Below are positions 13,247-23,718 of a stretch of DNA of 54,332 nt, one piece after another; positions within the stretch are counted from its first letter, which is position 1; every line of letters begins with the position of its first letter. Made by a program: the position numbers and the translations under genes. Source of the stretch: Octopus sinensis. Lineage: Eukaryota. The stretch is taken from NCBI RefSeq assembly GCF_006345805.1, contig NW_021833866.1, positions 1 through 54,332 of the forward strand, in the 5' to 3' direction. The notes beneath the pieces are model-generated. The model was not told the origin of the DNA and did no database searches. It was given only the letters and a program-made list of their open reading frames with translations.

Positions 13247-13807
13247 ACATGCTTGTAAATATACTTTTCCGAAGAGATTTACGAATGAACGAAAGCGGAG
13301 ATGCTTTCCTAAAACAATAAACCTATAAAAGACAACTATACACACACATATATATATATTATATACATATGCATATATACATATATAAATAGACAAGCAT
13401 ATATATTTATAAATAACTGTTTCTCGTTCATATTATCAATTTCTCTTATTCGTACCCAGCTTCTTAACAACCTAAAACTAATTACGGGTGGGTGATGCAG
13501 TTATAATCATTTCACAACAGATTTATTGCAACATTTCTGATACCCCGAACTCTCTAAAGGTACATTGATTGTACCCAAGAGATGGCTAGAAACACTTAAT
13601 CTGGGTGTAATCGGAGTGTAGAATGCTTGGAGCGCGTTTCTATTATTTTCAAATGTTTATGGGATTTTGCTATCATAAGGAATGCGAAAGAACGCAAATT
13701 ACATTTTATTCAAGAAATACGCACAAACACAGATGCGCGTGCGAATGAGTATGCATGTGTGTGAGTGTGCGCGCGCGCGTGTGTGTGTGCGCGTGTGAGT
13801 ATACATA

Positions 13808-14165
13808 CTCTTTTACTCTTTTACTCTTTTACATGTTTCAGTCATTTGACTGCGGCCATGCTGGAGCAAATCGACCCCAGGACTTATTCTTTGTAAGCCC
13901 AGTACTTATTCTATCGGTCTCTTTTGCCGAACCGCTAAGTAACGGTGACGTAAACACACCAGCATTGGATGTCAAGCAATGCTAGGGGTACAAACACAGA
14001 CACACAAACACATACACATACATACATATACATATATATACATATATACGACAGGCTTCTTTCAGTTTCCGTTTACCAAATCCACTCACAAGGCATTGGT
14101 CGGCCCGGGGCTATAGCAGAAGACACTTGCCCAAGATGCCACACAGTGGGACTAAACCCGGAACG
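13808..14165 (-). mobile_element. Near full-length octopod tRNA-derived SINE with (AAAGAGT)n-type tail
   Basis: Reverse complement has B-box GTTCCGGGTTTAGTCCC, body and the 3' half; tail ACTCTTTTACTCTTTT on +. Confidence 0.88.
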
Positions 14166-14290
14166 TACATACCACACAGCTACATACTACACAGCCACTC
14201 CTGCGCCTATATGTATGTATCTATGTATGTATATGTATATTCTTTAATTTCTTGTTTCAGTCATTTGACAGCGACCATGCTGGAGCACAG

Positions 14291-14386
<96 letters not shown>

Positions 14387-14432
14387 GTGCGTGTATTCTG
14401 TCTGTCTGTCTGTCTGTCTATCTCTCTGTGTG

Positions 14433-14575
14433 TGGTAAGAAGCTTGCTTCCCAACCACATGGTTTCCGGGTTCAGTCCCACTGCGTAGCAGGTGTCTTCT
14501 ACTATAGCCTCAGACCGACCAAAGCTTTGTGAGTGGATTTGGTAAATGGAGACTGAAAGACGTCCGTCGTAGATA
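14433..14575 (+). mobile_element. SINE 5' (tRNA-like) head, inverted relative to the 13808-14165 copy
   Basis: GGTAAGAAGCTTGCTTCCCAACCACATGGTTTCCGGGTTCAGTCCCACTGCG... Confidence 0.85.
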
Positions 14576-14759
14576 TGTGTGTGTGTATATATATGTGTGT
14601 GTGTATGTATGTATGTATGTATGTATATATATATATGTATATATATACAATGGATAATATATATATATATATATTTATACATACACACATATATATAATA
14701 GACACACACACACATGTATATATATATTCTTTTATTTTTTTAATTATTTCAGTAAAAAA

Positions 14760-14990
14760 AAAGCTGAAGATCAGTGGAAAAGAGAATACCCTCGCTGAAC
14801 AATTGAGAAATTTATAGTTACTTTATCCAAATTACAAGTAATTATTGGAACACTGGAAGACGTAACACAAAATCTTGAGAAAGTAGGCATCTCAAACCAA
14901 GAAAGGAGAAAGCTGATTCAAAGACTACAGAGCCAAGCCAGCACTGGAACTAAAAATCTGTAAAACTTTCCAGAAGTTTACCATTTAAAT
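14760..14990 (+). mobile_element. Dong/R4-like LINE C-terminal fragment
   Basis: EQLRNL*LLYPNYK..IIGTLEDVTQNLEKVGISNQERRKLIQRLQSQASTGT..KICKTF, parallel to 17155-17403. Confidence 0.6.
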
Positions 14991-15262
14991 ATATACTATC
15001 ATGCTTAGATATGCAACTATATGCATGAGAATATATACATAAAACAAAAATACAAACCTGCACATATACATACATACATGCATACATACATACATACATA
15101 CAGACATACATACATACATGCATACATACATACGTACATACATATATACAAACAAAAATACCCTGTTGTTGATGTTGAAATTCTAATGAAGGAGTCTTGG
15201 ATCAAGGTTAGAAACCGGTTCCTTCTCTATTGGCAATAAATCGTGAAATAAACTCAATAATG

Positions 15263-16397
15263 ACATACATACATACATACATACATACATAATGGAAGTC
15301 TGTCGGGGTTCAACAATGAAGTCAGGGACACCAGGGGTGTGAACAGAACCCAAATGCGGACGTAACAGCAGAAGTAGGGTTGGGGATCCTCTCTTTTCGG
15401 GCTTGTCGCTTCTGGTCCAGGCTCTTGAAACGCTTTTCCTCGAACAGCCTAACGCCCTTTTGGACAGTTGGACGCCGGGCGCCGCGGTCAGAGGCAAACG
15501 ATTCCCAGCCAAGGGCTGAAATGCCGCAGGACTCAAGGGAAGTATTCAGGCTGCCCTTGTATCGCCTCAGTGGCCTTCCAGGGTTTCTTGCTCCAGAAGC
15601 CAGCTCAGAGAAGAAGATCCTCTTTGGTAGACGCGTGTCGTCCATTCGGACTAAATGTCCGACCTACCGGATCACTTCATGATGAGAGCTTTGATCCCGG
15701 GCATTTCGGCTCTGCGAAGCACCTGAGTGTTGGAGACTCGGTCCTCCCAGGAAATTCCCATGATTCGTCGCAAGCAGCGGAGGTGGAACTGGTCAAGTAC
15801 TCTCATTTGCCTCCTATACAGCGTCCGTAGAGCAGAGAGATGATGACGACTGCCCTATAGACTGCCAGTTGGGTGGAAAGTCTGATGCCTCGTTCGGTCC
15901 ACACACGTGTCCAAAGTCTGCCAAACAAAGCTCCTGCTTTTGCAAGCCTCATGGAGACATCTTTGTCCATGCTGCAGTTTGAGGACAGGCAGCTTCCCAG
16001 GTATGTAAAGCTCTCCACGTTGTTCAGACTTGTGCCCTCAATCTTAATCTGAGGCACAGGAGGTGTCAGGCCAGGTGCAGACTGAAGTATCACTTCAGTT
16101 TTTCGCAGGTTAATGGTCAGTCCGAAGGCTTTTGCTGCTTCGAGACAAGTGGAGAGTTCTTGCAGGTCTGGTTCATTCAATGCTGCAAGCGCTCAATCGT
16201 CTGCAAACAGAAAGTCTCTCACTAGGGCGTCCAGGACTTTGGTTTTTGCCTTCAAACGTCTGAGGTCAAAGAATCGGCCGTCACATCTGTAGCAAATAGT
16301 GACACCAGCATCAGACTTTGAAAGGGCACCGCGGAAACCCATGGTGGTAAACAAGAGGCTGAAGAGTGTGGGAGTCATCACGCAGCCTTGCTTCACT
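15263..16397 (-). mobile_element. RTE/BovB-like LINE, 5'-truncated, with (ATGT)n tail
   Basis: RT motifs VKQGCVMTPTLFSLLF, DFLFADD, FGLTINLRKTEV, VESFTYLGS, then MDDTRLPKRIFFSEL...GRPLRRYK; the short 3' UTR ends in (ATGT)7 at 15263-15290. Confidence 0.93.
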
Positions 16398-16505
16398 GTT
16401 CTGCGCGTTAATGTTTCCATTTGAAAAGTGATGCAATCTTTATTGTTGATTTCGTTGGAGTGGCACTTCACAGACTGGCGTCAAGAGGTGCGTTTTTACA
16501 CTGGG

Positions 16506-16625
16506 TTAATCTGATGAAGTGCCACTCCAATATAAACAGCGGCATGGATTGCGTAATTTTTAACATGGAGTCACTTACGTGCAATGGTGTAAAAACGGAG
16601 TAGTACAGAAACAATTGTAAATATT
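16506..16625 (+). ncRNA. Type-I hammerhead-like motif with canonical core and long stem-II loop (PLE-type)
   Basis: CTGATGA (16511-17); stem II GTGCCACTCC/GGAGTAGTAC; GAAAC-AATT-GTA; stem I imperfect. Confidence 0.5.
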
Positions 16626-16771
16626 AATAAAGTCCTAAATTCATTGTTCATCCTTTAACATCACCATGGCCGGAGCTGATGCAAGGAAAATTATTTTTGT
16701 TTACAAAACCAACTGACCGTTGCGTATTTCTTCCCCCAGTTTCTAGAGAGGTTATACACCTTCAGCCATTC

Positions 16772-16830
16772 GAGTCTGACGAGTCGCCTATACTGCCAAG
16801 CGCTTTATAGGTGGAAAACAATGGCCACTC
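16772..16830 (+). ncRNA. Degenerate type-I hammerhead-like motif abutting a (TATG)n array
   Basis: GAGT-CTGACGA-GT-CGCCTATA/TATAGGTG-GAAA-ACAATG-GCC-ACTC; stem I GAGT/ACTC is perfect, but the cleavage triplet is GCC, not NUH. Confidence 0.45.
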
Positions 16831-16862
<32 letters not shown>

Positions 16863-17015
16863 TGTATGTATGTATGTATGTACGTACGTACGTACGTATG
16901 TATGTATGTATGTATGTACGTACGTATGTATGTATTATTGCATGTATGTATGTATGTAAGTACGTATGTACGTATGTACGTATGTATGTATGTATGTATG
17001 TATGCATGTATGTGT
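16831..17015. repeat. (TATG)n/(TACG)n microsatellite
   Basis: Read directly. Confidence 0.95.
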
Positions 17016-17099
17016 GTACCTTTTGTGTTTAATCATTTAAATTCTTCCTCTGACGAAGGAACTGGTTTCCAACAAAGATACAAGGCCTCATCATTGGAA

Positions 17100-17680
17100 T
17101 GTTGATAACGAAAACAATGTCACATTTTAAACCTGCATAGTTTTGCTGTTCCGCTTACAGATTGTATTTGTAATGTGCGAGTTGGTTGATTTCTTTTCCT
17201 GAAAATCCAAGCTTATCCAGACTGACAGTTGGGCGTTTACTCAGAAAACCAAGTGCCCCAATTATTATTGGTAGAAATGTAAATTTGTGATCCAGATATC
17301 GAAGTTGGAAGTTTCGAAGCAGTTGTCCATAATTAACTTCGTTCTCTTTGTTTTTCAAAGAGATATTCACACCAGCAAGACAGCTGACCTCTATAACCTG
17401 CATAATTTTTCATGATGTCCCAAACAACAATATCCGGTTTGTTATGCTAACACTTGACTGACGTTTTCCTGGAATGTTCCACCAGAATTCCTTGTGTTGG
17501 TATTTATGTACACTTTCAATAACAGAGGGGTTCTCACTATTTACTCCCGGATAGTCTTTTTTCCCCAATGGCATCGTATATTGTTTTTGCGACAATGTCG
17601 TATCGCATGGGGAGGTAATATACCTTGATGACACTTTTTGGCAGCTGCTAATCCCATGTGTGACGTCTTCTACAGAAATT
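17100..17680 (-). mobile_element. Dong/R4-like (restriction-like endonuclease) LINE 3' relic
   Basis: VEDVTHGISSC (end of CCHC knuckle), KEFWWNIP, VIEVSCLAGVNISLKNKENEVNYGQLLRNFQLRYLDHKFTFLPIIIGALG. Confidence 0.8.
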
Positions 17681-17777
17681 GGAAATATGAAGTGCGCTGT
17701 GGTGTAGCGCTGTGGTGTAGCGGAAATATGAAGTGCGCTGTGGTGTAGCGGAAATATGAAGTGCGCTGTGGTGTAGC
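17681..17777 (+). repeat. 28-bp tandem repeat x3 plus a 13-bp partial duplication
   Basis: GGAAATATGAAGTGCGCTGTGGTGTAGC at 17681, 17722 and 17750. Confidence 0.95.
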
Positions 17778-18639
17778 GGTCACGACTCTAAGAGAGGCTT
17801 AGCTCATGTCAATATTACTATCTTCTTCATTTGTATGAGGAACATGCCCATGTATGGTCTTTTTTTAAATTTTTGGTGCGCTGAGCGTTTCACTTCCAGG
17901 TCTTCTTTGAGATATGCTAGTCTCGGTTGATTTCGGGTTGTGACAGGTCATCAGGAAGAGAGTACTTCCTGAGGAGCACTCGCCAATACGTAATGTATGT
18001 ATTCATGTATGAATGCATGTATCGCCTCGCTGACTGCACCATATATCCGCGCATGAACCTTCAAATGAAGTAGACTTTCAACATACAACGGTGCCTCAAT
18101 TTGTACAAGATGTCTAGCAATAAAGGCGTAGATGTATGATCCTTCAGTTTTCAATAATACTGCAGTGTGGTCTAGAGGTCTTCTGCTTGGTATTTCTCTC
18201 AGACCCATCTTCCACGCACAGGCTCTACGATGCTCCGTTAGTGTTTATACTACTGCACCGGAAAGTGGATCTTTGCAGATTGTTTCACGATATTTCTTTG
18301 AACAGAAATTCAAAAACATTTTTGAGTTGCCTAACAAGAGCATTAGAGGATTTAGTTTACATGTTTTACTTTGGGAAAATGAAATAATTTTTATTAAACT
18401 AATCTTCAAGCAGGCTCTCGATTTTCATTTATTTATTTGCTCATTTATTTTCAAACTTTCTCTTTTCTTCCCTTTCCATTTTGAAAAATTGAGAAAAATC
18501 AAAAAAATGAACAACAAAAATTCTCAGATTCCAAAAGATTAACATAGCAAATAATAACAAATATGCCGGAAAAAATTGGAAATAATTCACAGCAACAACT
18601 AATTTATTTCACGATGGATTATCATAAAATTGACAAATA

Positions 18640-19080
18640 GGCGCTGGCGTGGCGCTGACGTGGCGCTGACGTGGCGCTGACGTGGCGCTGATGTGGCTCT
18701 GTGGTAAGAAGTTTGCTTTTCAGCTGCCTGGTTCCGGGTTCAGTCCCACTGCGTGACTAATTAAGCAGGTGAATTTACTATAGCCTGGGGCCGACCAAAG
18801 CCTTGAGAGTAGATTTGATAGACGGAAACCGAAAGAGGCTTGTCATGTGTGTGTGTGTGTGTGTCCCCCCCACACACACACACACCGCCGCTTGACAACT
18901 GGTGATGATGTACTTACGTCCCCGCAACATTAGCGGTTCGGCAAAAGAGATCGATAGAATAAGTACCAGGCTTTAAAGAAATAATCACTGAAGTCGATCC
19001 ATTCGAGCGGAAGTTCTTCAAGTCGACGCTCCAGCATGGGCGCAGTCCATTTTTCCTGAAGTAAAAGCTAAATAAGTAAA
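18640..19080 (+). mobile_element. Full-length octopod SINE whose first 11 nt are tandemly iterated five times
   Basis: (GGCGCTGACGT)-type x5, then GGCTCTGTGGTAAG..GGTTCCGGGTTCAGTCCC..body..GCTCCAGCATGG..tail. Confidence 0.85.
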
Positions 19081-19469
19081 AGCAGATGACGAAGAGGCCA
19101 TTTGAGAGTGTTTTAATATGGAAATGTTTTAGCAATTGATTGAATTGATGTTTTAGGCTCCAGCATGGGCCAGACGCCATTTTGGCTGATGTCCTCAGCA
19201 CTTTAATGTGGCATGCAGCAGCGGATCACTTGTGGCTTAGTTAAGGGGTGGGGAATTGCTTTCTGGCCTTGAAGAGCTGGGAAGGTGGTGGTGGTGGTGG
19301 TGGTGGTGGTGGTGAGGGATAAGTCTTTGGGGACATACAAACACCAGATGTCCCACAAGTGAGGCACAAGTGAGTTATGTAAGACATTAACATAACTTTA
19401 AGTGATAAATTACTTCTGGGACATCTCGGTAGATCCATTAACATAAAATATTTGTTAAATGCTTACGAC

Positions 19470-19760
19470 GACAGCGACAACCACAACAGCAGCACTAATG
19501 GATTCATCATCATCATCATCAACAACAACAACAACAATAGCAACAACTTCAACAATGACACAATCAACATCAACAACAGCCGCAACAGGAAGAAGAACAG
19601 CGTCAACAACAACAGCAACAACAACGACGATAATAGAGGCAACATCAACCATAAAAAAAAACGACCCAAAGCAACGGCAGCCACAATAGTAACAATAACA
19701 ACAACAGCAATATCATCATCATCATCATCATCAATAACAACAACAACAACCTCAGACAGT
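19470..19760. repeat. (CAA)/(CAT)/(CAG) low-complexity trinucleotide tract
   Basis: Read directly; open in several frames on both strands, as expected for such repeats. Confidence 0.85.
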
Positions 19761-20689
19761 TAATTGTTTTGAATTTCTAGAAAGGTCGAGAGAACACAAC
19801 GATTCCCCTTTCACAGCTAAAACTCTCTCTCTCTCTCCCTGTATCCCCCTCTCTCTCTTTCTCTCTCTTTTGCTTAACCCCCCTCCTCTCTACCTATTTA
19901 TATTTCTATCCATCCACAGAAACCTTTTCCCCTCCCTTCTCTATATAACCCGTGGATGTATGGAGTTGCATGTTGTATCATCTTTCATCTTTCATTGAAC
20001 TTTGGCCATGCTGGGGCACTGCCCGGAAGAGTTTAGATGAACTAATTGTTCTAGATTTTAATTGAATAAAGCATTCAATGCGTAAAACAGAGTTAAACTT
20101 TTATTTTGTTCCAGGTGATAGTAACTTCGAAGTTTTGCCAAACACATAACATAGAGTTTCGCCTTCATCCTCGAATGTTTGGAGAGAAGATGCTGCGGTC
20201 ATGAAACTTTAAGCAAGGCGGAAGTGTGGAGCGAAATCAAACTGCCATTATATTTGTACGTGTGTGTGTATATGTGTTTGTTTGTGTGTGTGTGTGTGTG
20301 TGTACGTGGTGTGTGTACAAAGAATAAGAGAAAATGGATTGGACATTCTTTATTCCAAGGAATATTTAAGTCTGTGTATGTATATATATATATACTGCAC
20401 ACACACGCATACATATATATGTGTGTGTGTGTGTGTAAATATATATATGTATATATACACACACACACACACATGATGACCCCCCCCCCCGGTCGAAGAT
20501 GACGTATGAGTGTTCAACCTTTCTACCGAACGATCTGCACAACTGATTTGTTTATAATGATCAAATGTATATAAAACATTTTATTTTATTTCTCGGACCT
20601 CTCGTTCTTACTTGCTCGCATTAATTCTGTAAGAAAGGATAGCAATCTGTTATGAAAGGTCTCACAATATCTCTCAGGGTTTCTGGTAC

Positions 20690-21200
20690 CTAGATGATAA
20701 CTATCGTGACAGATACTCAACACACAAGTATCAATCTTAAAAACTCTCGCTCTCCCCAGTATAGATGTTTGGGAGCCTGCTCTGCCCTCACGTCAATTCC
20801 AATTTGTCGGACATATTTCTCAAACCTGGTTGTTTGTGCTCCCACTGCCCCTACAACTAACGGGATAACAGTTACTATCTTCACTGCCGATATTCGTGCA
20901 ATCTCGTCTTTTAGTAGCTTGTATTTTCCCACCTTTTCCAGCTCTTTCTCACCTACGCCTGCATCCCCAGGTATGGCAATATCTGTTATCTATGTTTCCT
21001 TATTTCTTTTAATCCGCTACAACAATATCTGGTCTCCGAGTCAATTAGTATATCACATCGGATGGTAAAATCCCACAAGATCTTTTAGTCATTATTCTCA
21101 TTGACGCCTTCGTACCATTTTCTTCTTTTTCAAAGACCGTTCTTTACACAAAGCCTCCAGTGAAAAAACTTATTCACGTTATTGTTCCTCCATTTGTATT
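20690..21200 (-). mobile_element. Dong/R4-like LINE 3' relic
   Basis: WDFTIRCD..., GKYKLLKDEIARISAVKIVTVIPLVVGAVGAQTTRFEKYVRQIGID (RLE-type C-terminus). Confidence 0.8.
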
Positions 21201-21375
21201 CTACATTCACTAAAAACATTTGATAATGTTTCGCTTTTAATTCCACACATCCCACAAAGGGGCGATTCACTACTCTTGTCTATTTGGAACTTGGTGTAAT
21301 CAATTCTCAGAACTTGTGCTTGGGGGCTGCATATCAATACCTTGGTGCATCATCTTCTTCTTCTTATTATTATTA

Positions 21376-21416
<41 letters not shown>

Positions 21417-21753
21417 ATTTAAAACAGTTTGATTTAAACCCCAGGCAACTTAAAGTTTGGTGGGCAGAAAGAAACCTAGCTCGTCGGGATTAAGTTATCG
21501 AATGGAGAGGGGTAGGGAGTCTGAGATGGCTACGGGGACGTGGGCTGCCATGTGTGAGAACTCACCCCCGTATGCATACGTATACACACACACACACACA
21601 CCGTAACAAACACGCACATACACACCAACGTGCTGATGCTATCAGCTCTCACCCACAGACCACCTTACACGAACGCGTCTCTCCAGCCCCCGATACACAC
21701 ACATAGAGCAGACACACCAAACACCCATGTCAACGCACAAATATAGTTGGTAT

Positions 21754-21790
<37 letters not shown>

Positions 21791-22038
21791 AGCTATGAAT
21801 CCGATATCGTTCAAATCGCGTCTAAGACCAATCAGACACTCGCAACGCCACCAGCTTCCTGCCCAGCTCCGCGTTCCAAGAAATTCTCATTTTTCAGGTA
21901 TTTGCTGTCGCTGAAATTTCGATTCCAGTTCTAATAACACCATCTAATCCGCCTTGACCAATAGCAACCCAGTTTCCACACCTGTCCGGCTACCTGAGCC
22001 CGACGAACTGTAAGAAGCCTGTAAAATTTTAATTACCA

Positions 22039-22166
22039 TGGAGCCGAATGAAATTGTTTTAAATAATAAAATATGTGGTTCCTAGTAAATGTGTCGGGTG
22101 CCCCCACCGGACACATTTAGTAGGAGCTACATTTATTACTATTTAAAACGATTTGATTCGGCTCCA
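22039..22166. repeat. Imperfect fold-back hairpin, 62-bp arms, 4-nt loop
   Basis: TGGAGCCGAAT...GTCGGGTG cccc CACCGGAC...ATTCGGCTCCA; about 9 mismatches by eye. Confidence 0.85.
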
Positions 22167-22928
22167 AGCCATTTAGAGTTTAATTTTTATAGTTTTTATA
22201 TTTTAGTTTTCTTAGTCTGGAATTTTAAGTTTAGGTTTTAAATTTCAATTTTCAATTTTAATTCTGTCCTTATAACCTTACCTATATTGGCCTTCCACCC
22301 CCACTTTACTGAAACTTTAACGTTTGACTTCTAACCCCACCTCCTTACAATACAGACATATCTATATCATTACCTTTACTTTTATTTATTTTTATTTTTA
22401 TCCTGTTACCTCTATCGTATTTTAGTTTTGTTCCCTTTCTCCTCTCACAAAACCCATTTATAATATATGTCATTGCCTTTACTTTTATTATTTTTATTTT
22501 TATATTTTTATTTATTAATATATTTATTTTTAATTTATTCATATTTTTTACCCTTTTACCACTATCTTATTTTATAATCCTTTCTCCTCTCCGCCTCTCT
22601 CTCTCTCTCTCTCTCATACATCCACTCACAAAACCCATTCATGTCCATCATACTTTCTCGCTCTATATGAACATTTACAATATGAATACATCATTCAGAA
22701 CACTGCCAAACTGTTACCTTGATTTACCTGGGATTTTAACTAAGGACCTGTACTTTCATGGAAGTACCGACCAACATCCGTATCCTCTGGAAAAAGATGA
22801 GTTGTGAACATCATTCTCCTGCCTGTATTCTTCTAACTACTTTTACTTTTTATTTTTCTGCTTTACTCCTTTAGTCTATTTTATTCCTTATAAACTGAAT
22901 TTTTCTCCGTCTAAAATATTCATACCTT

Positions 22929-23004
22929 GTCTCTGATGACGGAATACCCAGTGCGTGGACATGCTAACCTACCACTTGGGTTATCCTAGAAACGGTTGTA
23001 AGTC
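22929..23004 (+). ncRNA. Type-I hammerhead-like motif with canonical core and extended stem II
   Basis: GTCT-CTGATGA-C-GGAATACCCAGTG...CACTTGGGTTATCC-TA-GAAAC-GGTT-GTA-AGTC. Confidence 0.5.
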
Positions 23005-23328
23005 TTCTAATTACCTCACCTTAATTAAATTATTCTAAATGACTTGAGATACTCGTCCTGCCTTGGTTTTGATTTTTCCTTTAATATAATATATCCCTGC
23101 TATAAGGGACCCCTAATACGAATCCCTAGATCCAGCCTTAGCTGTAATCTTGGAACCTGATAGTCGACCAGCTATAGCACTTACCCAGCGTACCTATTCG
23201 TTTAGATCACAAGTGAACTAAACCAACAATATTATATATATATATATCCCAGAAACAGCTGTAAGACTTTGAATTTTTTCCAGTAATGATAATGTATATG
23301 ACATGAGATGTTTGTTGTTCTCTTTAAC

Positions 23329-23386
<58 letters not shown>

Positions 23387-23522
23387 GCACATATATATAT
23401 GTGTGTGTGTGTGTGTATTGTCGGTGCGAATGGTTTTGTTATATGGCGCCGGATTTTACAATCTTAGTCGTTACACGGTGATCGCTATAAGCTTTAGGCT
23501 TATATAAATAGCATTATATATA

Positions 23523-23718
23523 TAAAATTATAATTAAAGATATCTAATAAGAGATACCACCACGCTAAATATAGCAGCCAAAACTTGACTCTAAAACCAC
23601 ATTAAACGTTCATACAGCTCCTGGTGCTGTATGAACGTTTAATGTGGTTTTAGAGTCAAGCTTTGGCTGCTATATCTAGCGTAGTGGTATCTCTTAGATA
23701 TCCTTAATTATAATTTTA
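23523..23718. repeat. Long near-perfect palindrome (93 paired positions, 7-nt loop)
   Basis: Arms 23523-23618 and 23626-23718; four mismatches plus one 3-nt bulge, checked base by base. Confidence 0.95.

Noticed and set aside
16421-16603. Apparent peptide conservation MKCHSN..DC..F.ME.LT..VK on opposite strands
   Set aside because: Explained by nucleotide-level inverted homology of non-coding repeat arms; no known protein match recognised
19452-19763. Poly-N/T/S ORFs as a coding exon
   Set aside because: Trinucleotide repeats are open in many frames; no splice or domain support
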